Below are positions 9,702 through 17,666 of a stretch of 64,000 nt of DNA, one piece after another. This DNA is from a virus. Position 1 is the first letter of the stretch; every line of letters starts with the position of its first letter. Both the position numbers and the translations under genes were made by a program. The notes below the pieces were generated by a model that had not been told where the DNA came from, did not search any database, and was given only the letters and a program-made list of their open reading frames with translations. The stretch lies in the IMG/VR virus record IMGVR_UViG_3300008216_000009, positions 1 through 64,000 of that record, one strand, 5' to 3'.

Positions 9702-10064
9702 TCAATTCAAGACATACAGGTTTTCCTGTAGCCACTTGGAGTGACCGAATTTTTCGCATTGCACTTCTCTGGTTTTGTGCGTCCAATCCTGGAATTCTTC
9801 CAGGGTCTTCATTGCACCATTCCGTACTTGCACACGAATACACACGCCACAAAATGCTGAGTGATTGAGGAACTCTACAGGGTTCTGAGCCTTCTTCATC
9901 TCGGTGGCGAAGTGGTCGCCTTCGTCAAATATGATGTTAACCTCGGCAAGTTGCTTTTTCAGACTTGGAGTCATATCCATATCCATCCCCTTTACCTCTT
10001 TAACTTTATTTAGTGTATCTATCAGATGCTGGTAGTCGGTCTTCGATGCTTTCAGTTGACGCAT
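9702..10064 (-). CDS. Hypothetical protein
   Basis: AGGAG RBS, own promoter. Confidence 0.65.
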   Translation of the reverse strand: MRQLKASKTDYQHLIDTLNKVKEVKGMDMDMTPSLKKQLAEVNIIFDEGDHFATEMKKAQNPVEFLNHSAFCGVCIRVQVRNGAMKTLEEFQDWTHKTREVQCEKFGHSKWLQENLYVLN

Positions 10065-10242
10065 GACAGTCTCCTATCCAAATCCTTTACAGATAGTATA
10101 CAGGAAAAACAGTATCGTGTCAAGCACATATTCCCGGTAAAGGACCCCCTGGGGACCCGGGAGGGGTAAGGAAAAGATGTGCCGGGACCCTGGAGGATCC
10201 CAGGCAAAGAAAAAGCCCGGTATTAACCGGGCCAGGTGTGTG

Positions 10243-10330
10243 TGGTGGGGAGTGCAGGATTCGCACCTGCGTATCTCAAACGAGAGCCAGTTTTACAGAC
10301 TGGTGCTTTTGTCTACTCAGCCAACTCCCC
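10243..10330 (-). tRNA. tRNA-Tyr (GTA)
   Basis: Acceptor GGGGAGT/ACTCCCC-A-CCA, anticodon arm CCAGT-CTGTAAA-ACTGG, long variable arm, T arm GCAGG-TGCGAAT-CCTGC. Confidence 0.92.
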
Positions 10331-10341
10331 GTAAGTGGAAT

Positions 10342-10548
10342 TCATCTGGCCTGATAGCCATAGATGTATGCCCATACCCAATCGTACATCGCTCGTTTGG
10401 ATAACCGAGGGCTAACCTCCACTGAGCCGTTTTCCTTAACTAGCCTATAGCCACCGTAAGCCTTGTCATAGCTGTAGTCACGAGTGTTGTTAGTCGCTCG
10501 ATTTAGAGCCGACAGTGCATCGTCTAGGTTTGATTTAAGTATTCTCAT
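10342..10548 (-). CDS. Hypothetical protein
   Basis: AYGGYRL motif; coupled ORF. Confidence 0.7.
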   Translation of the reverse strand: MRILKSNLDDALSALNRATNNTRDYSYDKAYGGYRLVKENGSVEVSPRLSKRAMYDWVWAYIYGYQAR

Positions 10549-10895
10549 CAGTACGCTCCCTGTTCGGATTGTGCATACGCTTCAGCGTGACCATTAGCAT
10601 CCCAATCACCGTGACCGATGCCATCATAACCATAAGCGTGTGGATTTTCAGCTATCTGGCGAATGACCGCCGTATTTATTCCAACTTGGTCAGCCAGATT
10701 CAACCAGAATTCTCCATCTTTGGAGTTCAGCCACTCTATGTCCTCGCCCCCACGTAGTTCTGGGCGATTCATTCTGCCGTTAGCCAGCCTATAAGTGTTC
10801 TCAGGTTCAATGGCAGTGCCAATGACGGCTCCGATTAGCTGGGCCATTCCATCGTGTATCCCTTTTGCGTCTATGTCCGAGTTAGCCTGATTCAT
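10548..10895 (-). CDS. Hypothetical protein
   Basis: RBS, own promoter. Confidence 0.65.
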   Translation of the reverse strand: MNQANSDIDAKGIHDGMAQLIGAVIGTAIEPENTYRLANGRMNRPELRGGEDIEWLNSKDGEFWLNLADQVGINTAVIRQIAENPHAYGYDGIGHGDWDANGHAEAYAQSEQGAY

Positions 10896-10967
10896 CTAGT
10901 CCCCTCTCTTAGTTAGTCTACACCTCTAAGTATAAAGCATTAGCCTACATCTGTCAAGTAAATTCCG

Positions 10968-10997
10968 TAGCTAACGAAACCAATCTGAAAGCAATTT
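10968..10997. promoter_or_regulatory. 30-bp promoter-upstream element (other copies at 12412-12441 and 16559-16588)
   Basis: TAGCT(A/G)A..AAA(C/G)CAAT(C/A)T(G/C)AAAGCAATTT, starting about 10 bp upstream of the -35 box in three modules. Confidence 0.7.
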
Positions 10998-11167
10998 TAC
11001 GTCTATCTGGAATATAGTTACTGGGAATTGCGGAGGCTGTGGCAATATGCCTTCGAGGTGCTCTTGGTCTGCGAGCTAAGGACCCGGAGGGGTAAGGAAA
11101 AGATGTTCCCCAGGTCCAGAAGTCCCAGACACAAAAAAAGCCCCAGCTTTTGCCGGGACTTGGGTTT

Positions 11168-11247
11168 AGAAGTAGAAGTCTGTGGTTTCTGTGGGCCACT
11201 CCCCTAGGTCATGCTAGGTAGGGGTCATTCCCCCGACTTTTACTTCT
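11168..11247 (-). ncRNA. Four-way-junction RNA motif, copy 1 (module trailer)
   Basis: AAGUC-GGGG[GAAUGA]CCCC-UA-CCUAG[CAUGAC]CUAGG-GGA-GUGG[10 nt]CCAC-A-GACUU; covaries with copies 2 and 3. Confidence 0.75.
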
Positions 11248-11264
11248 GTGGGGCTATCTGGGGC

Positions 11265-11507
11265 TTACATGGCCCCCAGCCCTTCGGGGCCGCAGCAGCC
11301 ACAGGCGGGAGCATCTTCGCACATCCCGTTGCCTTGGATGGCCCTGCCGTTGGCCCAACGGACTCCCCCGTCGAACTTGTCGTGGCAGTCCATCCCGTAG
11401 ACCCGCCCCCGTCCGTACCAGCGACCCTTAGAGCCGACAGGGAGCGATGCTCCACATTGGGTGTCGGCGCACTTGCCAGCGAACTTGAGAGTGATAGTTT
11501 TTGCCAT
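11265..11507 (-). CDS. Small Cys-rich phage protein (CEDAPxCGCC family)
   Basis: KFAGKC...CG...CEDAPACGCCG. Confidence 0.7.
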   Translation of the reverse strand: MAKTITLKFAGKCADTQCGASLPVGSKGRWYGRGRVYGMDCHDKFDGGVRWANGRAIQGNGMCEDAPACGCCGPEGLGAM

Positions 11508-11718
11508 GAGGTGTCCCCTTTTCAATTTTGGTATACTCACAGTATACACTATTATCAGACATCTGTCAAGTGCCTATTTGAAACGAAGGACCAGTCCGAG
11601 GCGGAGGACCTGGTACCCCGGGAGAGGTAAGGAAAAGATGTGGGATCTCTCCAGGACCAGCGGGCACAAAAAAAGCCCGGGATTTCCCGGGCATAAGTTT
11701 CTGACGGACCGGTCCAGA

Positions 11719-12063
11719 TCAGAATGGTTTAGGTGATACGTCTATCCTTCGATATGAATCTATTAGCTTCTGGACTTGTGTGATATCGGCTTCAGTCCAC
11801 TCACTTTCAGTCTCCATAAACTCTCGGAATTTAGGAGCATCTGGAAACTTCTGATCAACATATTGGATTCTATCTGCCAGATAGGCATCCCACTTGTCAT
11901 CGTCAAAGTCCTCGGCACTACGTTCTGTCATGGCTTCTATTGTATCGTTGCATGGCCCACACATATAACAGTCCATGTAGTCACGACCACACGGAATTCG
12001 ATTCACCCATCCATCGTATTGGGTATCGGCTCCGCATTCAAAACAAAGTGTTGTGTCAATCAT
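11719..12063 (-). CDS. CxxC-pair protein
   Basis: CFECG...VNRIP...YMCGPC. Confidence 0.65.
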   Translation of the reverse strand: MIDTTLCFECGADTQYDGWVNRIPCGRDYMDCYMCGPCNDTIEAMTERSAEDFDDDKWDAYLADRIQYVDQKFPDAPKFREFMETESEWTEADITQVQKLIDSYRRIDVSPKPF

Positions 12064-12064
12064 T

Positions 12065-12259
12065 TTAGTTAGTCCTTTCAGTTCTGATCTGATCCAGCCG
12101 TTCAGCCATATCCCGAACCAGTTTCCGACCCTCCTCCTTGCCTTGTTCGCCCTCACCGTTCTCGATGAGCATGATGGCGACCTTTGCCTGAAATGCCCAG
12201 TCTGGGGCGATATTGACGGTGGTGACTATGTTGCCACTCCCAGTGTAGATGTCGGTCAT
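12065..12259 (-). CDS. Hypothetical protein
   Basis: AGGAG RBS. Confidence 0.65.
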   Translation of the reverse strand: MTDIYTGSGNIVTTVNIAPDWAFQAKVAIMLIENGEGEQGKEEGRKLVRDMAERLDQIRTERTN

Positions 12260-12297
12260 CTTGTCTCCTTTTGCTTATGGGTTGATGGTTGATTTGC

Positions 12298-12367
12298 GTG
12301 GAGTCCGTGGTGTCCGTTTGTCCACTCCCCTCGGTCATGCGAGGTAGGGGTTCTTCCCTAACTCCAC
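12298..12367 (-). ncRNA. Four-way-junction RNA motif, copy 2 (starts at about +1 of the promoter)
   Basis: GUGGAGUU-AGGG[AAGAA]CCCC-UA-CCUCG[CAUGAC]CGAGG-GGA-GUGG[11 nt]CCAC-G-GACUCCAC. Confidence 0.75.
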
Positions 12368-12575
12368 CTTCTAAGGATACACTAAAACGTAACATCTGTC
12401 AAGTATTTCTATAGCTGAGAAAAGCAATATCAAAGCAATTTGGACGGTCCGGTCCAGGACCCCGTTCCCTGGACCCCCACGGCAGGAGGTATAGGTAAGG
12501 AAAAGATGTACCGGGGGTCCCGGCTTCGCCAGGGCAAAAAAATTCCCCTCTTAAAAGAGGGGATGTATTCTACAT

Positions 12576-13258
12576 GCCTCATATGTTTTTTAGGCTCCCA
12601 GAGGCATTCTGGGGCGGTCATGGCGATGGGTATCAGCCGTGCTGCTCTGCGAGGCGACCCCAGAGTTTGTCAGCCCGCCGAACAGATTTCTCAGCTTCGC
12701 TAACTAGCTCACGGTACTTACCTAGCTCTGCCTGCCACCGCCGTAGCTGCTGCTTCTCGAATCGGTACACATCGTAAGCAGCATCGACGACTGCGTCGGC
12801 GTGAGGGAAGTTCGCAGCGCAACCTTCGCACTCGTCCCCGTACCAACCGCCGTCAGTTGGGCAATTAGCCTCGCCGTATTCGTTGACAACGAGCTTCTCA
12901 CCGCAGCCGTAGGGGCAATCGAGAGTAGCTATGTTTACTTTCTCGTTAGTAGTTGTGACCATTTGGTTTTTTTCCTTCCCCAGAAGCCCGACGACTGAGT
13001 GACCCCTGTAAATTACGACTACCTATAGGATACACTAAAATAGGTGCTATGTCAAGTAGGTCGGAAAACTGAGACTCCAGATATTCCTGGCTTTGTATAG
13101 CCTGGGTAGTTCCCGGTGAGCCAGGTCGTAAGGAAAAGATGTACTGGGGTCCGGCTCCGCCGGGGCAAAGAAAAACCCCTCTTTTGAGGGGTAGTGGTAG
13201 TTTTATAGTATGCCTCATATGTTTTTTAGGCTCTCAGAGGCGTTCTGAGGCGGTTATG
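12576..13258 (+). repeat. About 47-bp trailer repeat shared by adjacent modules (12576-12622 and 13211-13258)
   Basis: TGCCTCATATGTTTTTTAGGCTC(C/T)CAGAGGC(A/G)TTCTG(G/A)GGCGGT(C/T)ATG. Confidence 0.85.
12633..12962 (-). CDS. Cys-rich hypothetical protein
   Basis: CPYGC, CP and CEGC motifs; sole gene of its module. Confidence 0.7.
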   Translation of the reverse strand: MVTTTNEKVNIATLDCPYGCGEKLVVNEYGEANCPTDGGWYGDECEGCAANFPHADAVVDAAYDVYRFEKQQLRRWQAELGKYRELVSEAEKSVRRADKLWGRLAEQHG

Positions 13259-13273
13259 CCACCCTACCCTACC

Positions 13274-13495
13274 TTAGGCTGGAGTGACGACGTGCCACAC
13301 CTTACCAGCGTAGGGACCGACATCCGCAACCTCTAATCCAGCGGCTGACCCGTCGGCTACTCCCATGGTGGACTCGCAAGCTGTGCAGATAGTCCATGAC
13401 GGGCTAACTACGATGGTTGCAGGGTTCTTGCACCCTTGTGCAGTCCACGCTTTGGAGTCATCTATGTGACTCATGTGCTCGCATTGGCAGTTCAT
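13274..13495 (-). CDS. Small Cys/His-rich protein
   Basis: CQCEH..H...C...CTAC; sole gene of its module. Confidence 0.7.
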   Translation of the reverse strand: MNCQCEHMSHIDDSKAWTAQGCKNPATIVVSPSWTICTACESTMGVADGSAAGLEVADVGPYAGKVWHVVTPA

Positions 13496-13811
13496 TTGGT
13501 TTTTGTCCTTTCCCAGAGGGCGAGAGAGTGCCTCTGTAATATCCGACTACCTATAGTATAAAGGAAAACACGCAATATGTCAAGTGTCTGCCTCGAATAC
13601 TCCTGGGAGGATCCTAGTCCTCCCGGGAAGGGTAAGGAAAAGATATGCCAGGTCCCCCAGGAGCCTCGAAGCTCCCAGCAAAAAAAATCCCGGTAAAATA
13701 CCGGGATTTCTTCAACAGTTAGGGCTGTCTATTTATTTAATTGTTTTGTTCCATGCCTTAGTTAGCTCACGTTTCAGTTCAGATACCTTGCATTTAATTA
13801 CGAATTGTCGC

Positions 13812-14072
13812 TTATGCATATGCTGCCTCTGGATTGAATATACTTTCCCATTTACCCATCATGTCACTCCAACGCCCTCGGACTGCATTCTCAGTGTCAT
13901 GGACTTCGTAGTCTACGAACCCTTGGTCATCCTCTAGGATGATGCCATAGAGGCCGTCAGTGATGATTAGGGCTGACCAGAATCCCTCTACCTGACAGGA
14001 GCCATACTCTTCCTCTGCAAAGCCGTTCATTGCTACGTCGTTTAGCTTTTCCGAAATTGCGTCGTACTTCAT
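13812..14072 (-). CDS. Hypothetical protein
   Basis: ATGA overlap with the upstream gene. Confidence 0.65.
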   Translation of the reverse strand: MKYDAISEKLNDVAMNGFAEEEYGSCQVEGFWSALIITDGLYGIILEDDQGFVDYEVHDTENAVRGRWSDMMGKWESIFNPEAAYA

Positions 14073-14287
14073 TCTAGTTCCCTTTCGTTGCTGAGTTCTC
14101 CACACACACATTCTGTGATTCTAGGGATGAATTTCAAGCTACATTCGCATATGTTCAACTTGGTGTCTTCTACGAAAGACTTACACTCAGGACACTGGAA
14201 TAGCCTACGGTCTTCGCATTCCGTGTAGTGCTTCTCGTCCACCCAAGGTGGGTCTACTGGTAGGTCAACTACGATGTCTTGGTTCAT
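14069..14287 (-). CDS. Small Cys-rich protein
   Basis: AGGAG RBS; CPEC, CEC and CVC motifs. Confidence 0.6.
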   Translation of the reverse strand: MNQDIVVDLPVDPPWVDEKHYTECEDRRLFQCPECKSFVEDTKLNICECSLKFIPRITECVCGELSNERELE

Positions 14288-14462
14288 TTTTATGCTCCTA
14301 TGTAATCGCTGGCTGAGCAATCCCAGCATATGGTCAGAGTCTCGTCTAGGTTCGTCCCCGTACATTCTGGGCATTCTCGATTGGCCCGCATTAGTTGTTT
14401 CTTGAGTTTAGCTACTAACTTCATTGTGTCGTTTACTAGGCTATTTCTTTGTATGTTATTCA

Positions 14463-14612
14463 TCAGTTTCTCACCTTACTTGTTTTGATCTTGATGTCCT
14501 TGATAGCATCTTGATCACGGATGACATCGTTGATGTCGATGTCGCTCTCACTGACCTTGCCATCGTACTCCATCTCGTAGATTACCGTGACCTTGACCTT
14601 TGTGTTTTCCAT
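14463..14612 (-). CDS. 49-aa protein, paralog of 16302-16487 (not in ORF track)
   Basis: MENTKVKVTVIYEMEYDGKVSESDIDINDVIRD...; GGGAGG RBS; promoter 14648-14676. Confidence 0.7.
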   Translation of the reverse strand: MENTKVKVTVIYEMEYDGKVSESDIDINDVIRDQDAIKDIKIKTSKVRN

Positions 14613-14826
14613 GGATTCGCCCTCCCTTGTGTTTGGTCTACCCTCTGATTATACTCTCATTCTTTACATGTGTCAAGTGTTTATTTGACCAATTTTACTT
14701 GGATTTGGACCCCGTCCCGGTTCCTGGTAGAGCTTAGAGGGTAAGGAAAAGATATGTCCCGGGCAGGAGGATTCCAGGGCAAAAAAAATCCCGGCTCGAA
14801 GCCGGGATAGGGGGGGATTACGAGGA

Positions 14827-15201
14827 TTACTCGTAGTGGGGCCGATAGGCGGGGTATTCTTCGCCAGGATGGTCTTCTACCCTGATTTCATAGCTACCAG
14901 ATGTTACCAACTCGCCTGGGAATTCTGTTGGGACATCCATCGTATCCAGATAGTTTACGCCGTTAGCGTCGTGTGTGTAGCTGTAGGCATATTCTGATTT
15001 GTTGGAATATTTGGCACTCAGAATAGATTCCCAGTGTCCCGCAGGACATAGGTCGCCGTGGACATACTCGGACTCAGACTCGACACAGGTGGTCGCCTTG
15101 CTCACAACTGGAGTACCACATGTGTAGTACCAGCCACCCTCCTCTGCACCGCCGTAGCGACGTTCGGTAGAATATACATTTACGAAAACTGTGTTGCTCA
15201 T
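14827..15201 (-). CDS. Conserved phage protein (YGGxEEGGWYY family)
   Basis: VNVY...RRYGGAEEGGWYY...RPHYE. Confidence 0.75.
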   Translation of the reverse strand: MSNTVFVNVYSTERRYGGAEEGGWYYTCGTPVVSKATTCVESESEYVHGDLCPAGHWESILSAKYSNKSEYAYSYTHDANGVNYLDTMDVPTEFPGELVTSGSYEIRVEDHPGEEYPAYRPHYE

Positions 15202-15254
15202 TTTATCTCCCTGTGTTTTGGTTCTGGGCAGTAGCTCGGATGTGACATTGGACT

Positions 15255-15333
15255 GGGTTGAGAGCCTCTAGGGTCTGATGGCTAGTCCCCTGAGTTATGT
15301 CAGGTAGGGGGCACTCCCCCGACTCCCCAGCCC
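15255..15333 (-). ncRNA. Four-way-junction RNA motif, copy 3 (module leader)
   Basis: GGAGUC-GGGGG[AGUG]CCCCC-UA-CCUGA[CAUAAC]UCAGG-GGA-CUAG[10 nt]CUAG-A-GGCUCU. Confidence 0.75.
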
Positions 15334-15516
15334 CATCCTCACTACATTAGTAGTATACCACGATTCCTTACATGTGTCAAGTCTTTTGGTCCCGGGTTTT
15401 TAACTTGAGTCCTGGGCCAGGAGGAACTTGCAGTAAATGCAATATGGGTGTAAGGGAAAGCTGTACTGGATCCTTTGAGTTTTTACCCGGGTAAAAAGCC
15501 TTACCAGGGTTCCTCT

Positions 15517-15783
15517 CTATTTTAGATACTCCCTCACAATGGCTTTTAGGTCTACCATTCCTCGCTTTGGCTCCCCTAAGATGAAGTCTAGGCACTTTTG
15601 GATATTCTGGAGGGACATGCTGCCGTGAGTGCAGAAACGCTTTATTCGTTCAATTCCTTCGACTACTGTTACGAATTGACCGATTGCCACGATTTCGTAA
15701 TTCCCTACTTGTAGACTATGATTCCAGTCTCCATCTCGGATTTCGTTCAGGCTTAGAGGATTTCCGTTCTTTGTGATTGCCAT
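15517..15783 (-). CDS. Hypothetical protein
   Basis: GAGGAG RBS. Confidence 0.65.
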   Translation of the reverse strand: MAITKNGNPLSLNEIRDGDWNHSLQVGNYEIVAIGQFVTVVEGIERIKRFCTHGSMSLQNIQKCLDFILGEPKRGMVDLKAIVREYLK

Positions 15784-16301
15784 AGTTTTTCTCCTCTTAG
15801 TTACTTTTCTTATCTACTCTCATTATCTATGACGACGCCCAGAAGTCGGCCAGTACCTACCCAGTATCCATCCAGATGTGAGGCAGGTTTGGCCCAGAGA
15901 TGGCCCAGTTCCTGGAGGTATAGTGCACGATGGGGTAAGGGAAAGCTGTGTTCCCTCCCAGGGACCGAAATCCGGGCACAAAAAAGCCCTGACCTCATAG
16001 CTTCGCCTTTTGTAGGCTCCACGGTTCGTCAGGGCTGACTCCGTTAGTACGGAGTTTCGGTAACTGCCCCTGCAGTGTATGTATATTTAATGGTAGTCAG
16101 ACTTTAACTTCGCATTTCAATACTCCTCAGTGCTGCTGTCGTCATTCTGATTTGTCCTTCCGTTTTCCCCATCCTGCCAGTTCCCGTTGTTTAGCTACTT
16201 CGGGATCTGAGGTAGCAAACCTGCGTATTCGTTCTGTTACTTCACGCTGCCTGATTTCCTCTTTGGCCTGTTCGATGGACATGTATGTAATTGTTGGCAC
16301 A

Positions 16302-16487
16302 TTAGCTCCTTACAGTCTTAAATTCTACGTCATGTATAGAGACGATATTGCGGGGGTCTCGAACAATATCATTGAAGTCCACGATGTCGCTGACGTTGTC
16401 CTTATCTATTTTCTCATCATAGACCAATTCGTACTCCACGACCACTTTGACTTTGGTTCCTGTCTGCTTCTTGAGTAGCCCTAGCAT
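16302..16487 (-). CDS. Small protein, paralog of 14463-14612
   Basis: TKVKVVVEYELVYDEKI...VDFNDIVRD. Confidence 0.7.
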   Translation of the reverse strand: MLGLLKKQTGTKVKVVVEYELVYDEKIDKDNVSDIVDFNDIVRDPRNIVSIHDVEFKTVRS

Positions 16488-16790
16488 TGCGTCACTCCTT
16501 CTTAATTGGTTCTACAGTCATTGTACACCTATTTCCTACATGTGTCAAGCATTGCCTATAGCTAAGAAAACCAATCTCAAAGCAATTTCCTACTCCCCCT
16601 ACCCGACCTGGGAGAACCCGTGAATCGGTCCCTCCGCCCGGGAGGGGTAAGGGAAAGCTGTGGTGGCCCAGGTGTTCGTGCCAGGGGCTGTTTTGGGGTT
16701 TGTCCGGGGCTATGCCACAAAAGTGGCACAAAAAAACCCCAGGCAGAAATGCCTGGGGCTTGTGCGGTGTTTGCTGTATTTTAAGTGTAC

Positions 16791-16967
16791 TTAGGCACTC
16801 CGTTTCCTCTTGTACTCTCGATACTCTGAATTGCTGAGTCCGTTGATGTACTCTCGATGTACCTTGAGTAGCAACTTAAAGTCGTGGAGTAGTTCCTCTC
16901 TTGGGTTCAATTCTCCATCGTTGAAATATCCCATTGCGTCGCCTAGTGTTAGTTCGTCTTCACGCAT
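16791..16967 (-). CDS. Hypothetical protein
   Basis: GGAG RBS, coupled. Confidence 0.55.
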   Translation of the reverse strand: MREDELTLGDAMGYFNDGELNPREELLHDFKLLLKVHREYINGLSNSEYREYKRKRSA

Positions 16968-17193
16968 TTCCGTTTCTCCGTTTCTGCCAGTAGGTGTCAA
17001 AGATTTCTCCCTGCTCTACCCGTCTGCCCAATGTTGTCTCAAGTTTAATCCATTCCCTGAGAATCTCATTCTCCCGCTTACGGGATTCTGATGGAGATGC
17101 TTCGCCGTCCATGTGTAGATTCTCTGGCTCCAATCGGATTACCAGATTGAAAAACTTACTGAATAGCTCGTTAGGTATGGTCGTCTTTATCAT
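16960..17193 (-). CDS. Conserved phage protein (LEPENLHMDGE motif)
   Basis: Motif recurrent in phage small proteins. Confidence 0.7.
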   Translation of the reverse strand: MIKTTIPNELFSKFFNLVIRLEPENLHMDGEASPSESRKRENEILREWIKLETTLGRRVEQGEIFDTYWQKRRNGNA

Positions 17194-17194
17194 T

Positions 17195-17380
17195 TTAGTT
17201 TCTCACCATCCGTTCAATTCCTTTAATCATCCGACTATGTTTTCTCATCCTAGCCGGAGAAACATGGTTCCAGTTGCAATCCCCACAGCATAATCCTTCT
17301 GCAACTGGAGATGCATCGTAGCCCCATGAACCCTTAACTGAGTGATTTGCTATGGGATTCTTGCAGATAACGCATTGCAT
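17195..17380 (-). CDS. Small zinc-finger protein
   Basis: CVIC...GYDASPV...CCGDCN..V.PAR. Confidence 0.7.
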   Translation of the reverse strand: MQCVICKNPIANHSVKGSWGYDASPVAEGLCCGDCNWNHVSPARMRKHSRMIKGIERMVRN

Positions 17381-17381
17381 G

Positions 17382-17666
17382 TCAGTCTCTCACCCTTCTC
17401 TCCCGCTGGCTCCACAGGCCCGTGTATACCTCTTTAATCATCTTTGCAGCCTCGTCCTGATTCGACCCGTAGACCACTACTCGCCCCAACTCATCGACAC
17501 TGAGCCTCTCAACGCCGTCTGCGGGGCATTCTAGGATGGTTACCCACTTGCCAGAGAGTGTGGCGGGATAGTTGTCGGCAGCGTCCAGTTCCGACTCTCC
17601 CATTGACCAGTAGCCCTCGTCAGACCTTATCACGAACAATTTCTCCGCTGTAGCCGATGTCTTCAA
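17382..17666 (-). CDS. Hypothetical protein
   Basis: TTG start after AAGGAG; promoter 17706-17734. Confidence 0.6.
   Translation of the reverse strand: MKTSATAEKLFVIRSDEGYWSMGESELDAADNYPATLSGKWVTILECPADGVERLSVDELGRVVVYGSNQDEAAKMIKEVYTGLWSQRERRVRD

Noticed and set aside
1604-16731. ORF-track N-termini such as MLDK, MLDR, MTRC and MCLS, and + strand ORFs across 0-29 kb
   Set aside because: The extensions start inside promoter boxes upstream of the real RBS. The + strand ORFs are antisense shadows of coupled - strand genes.
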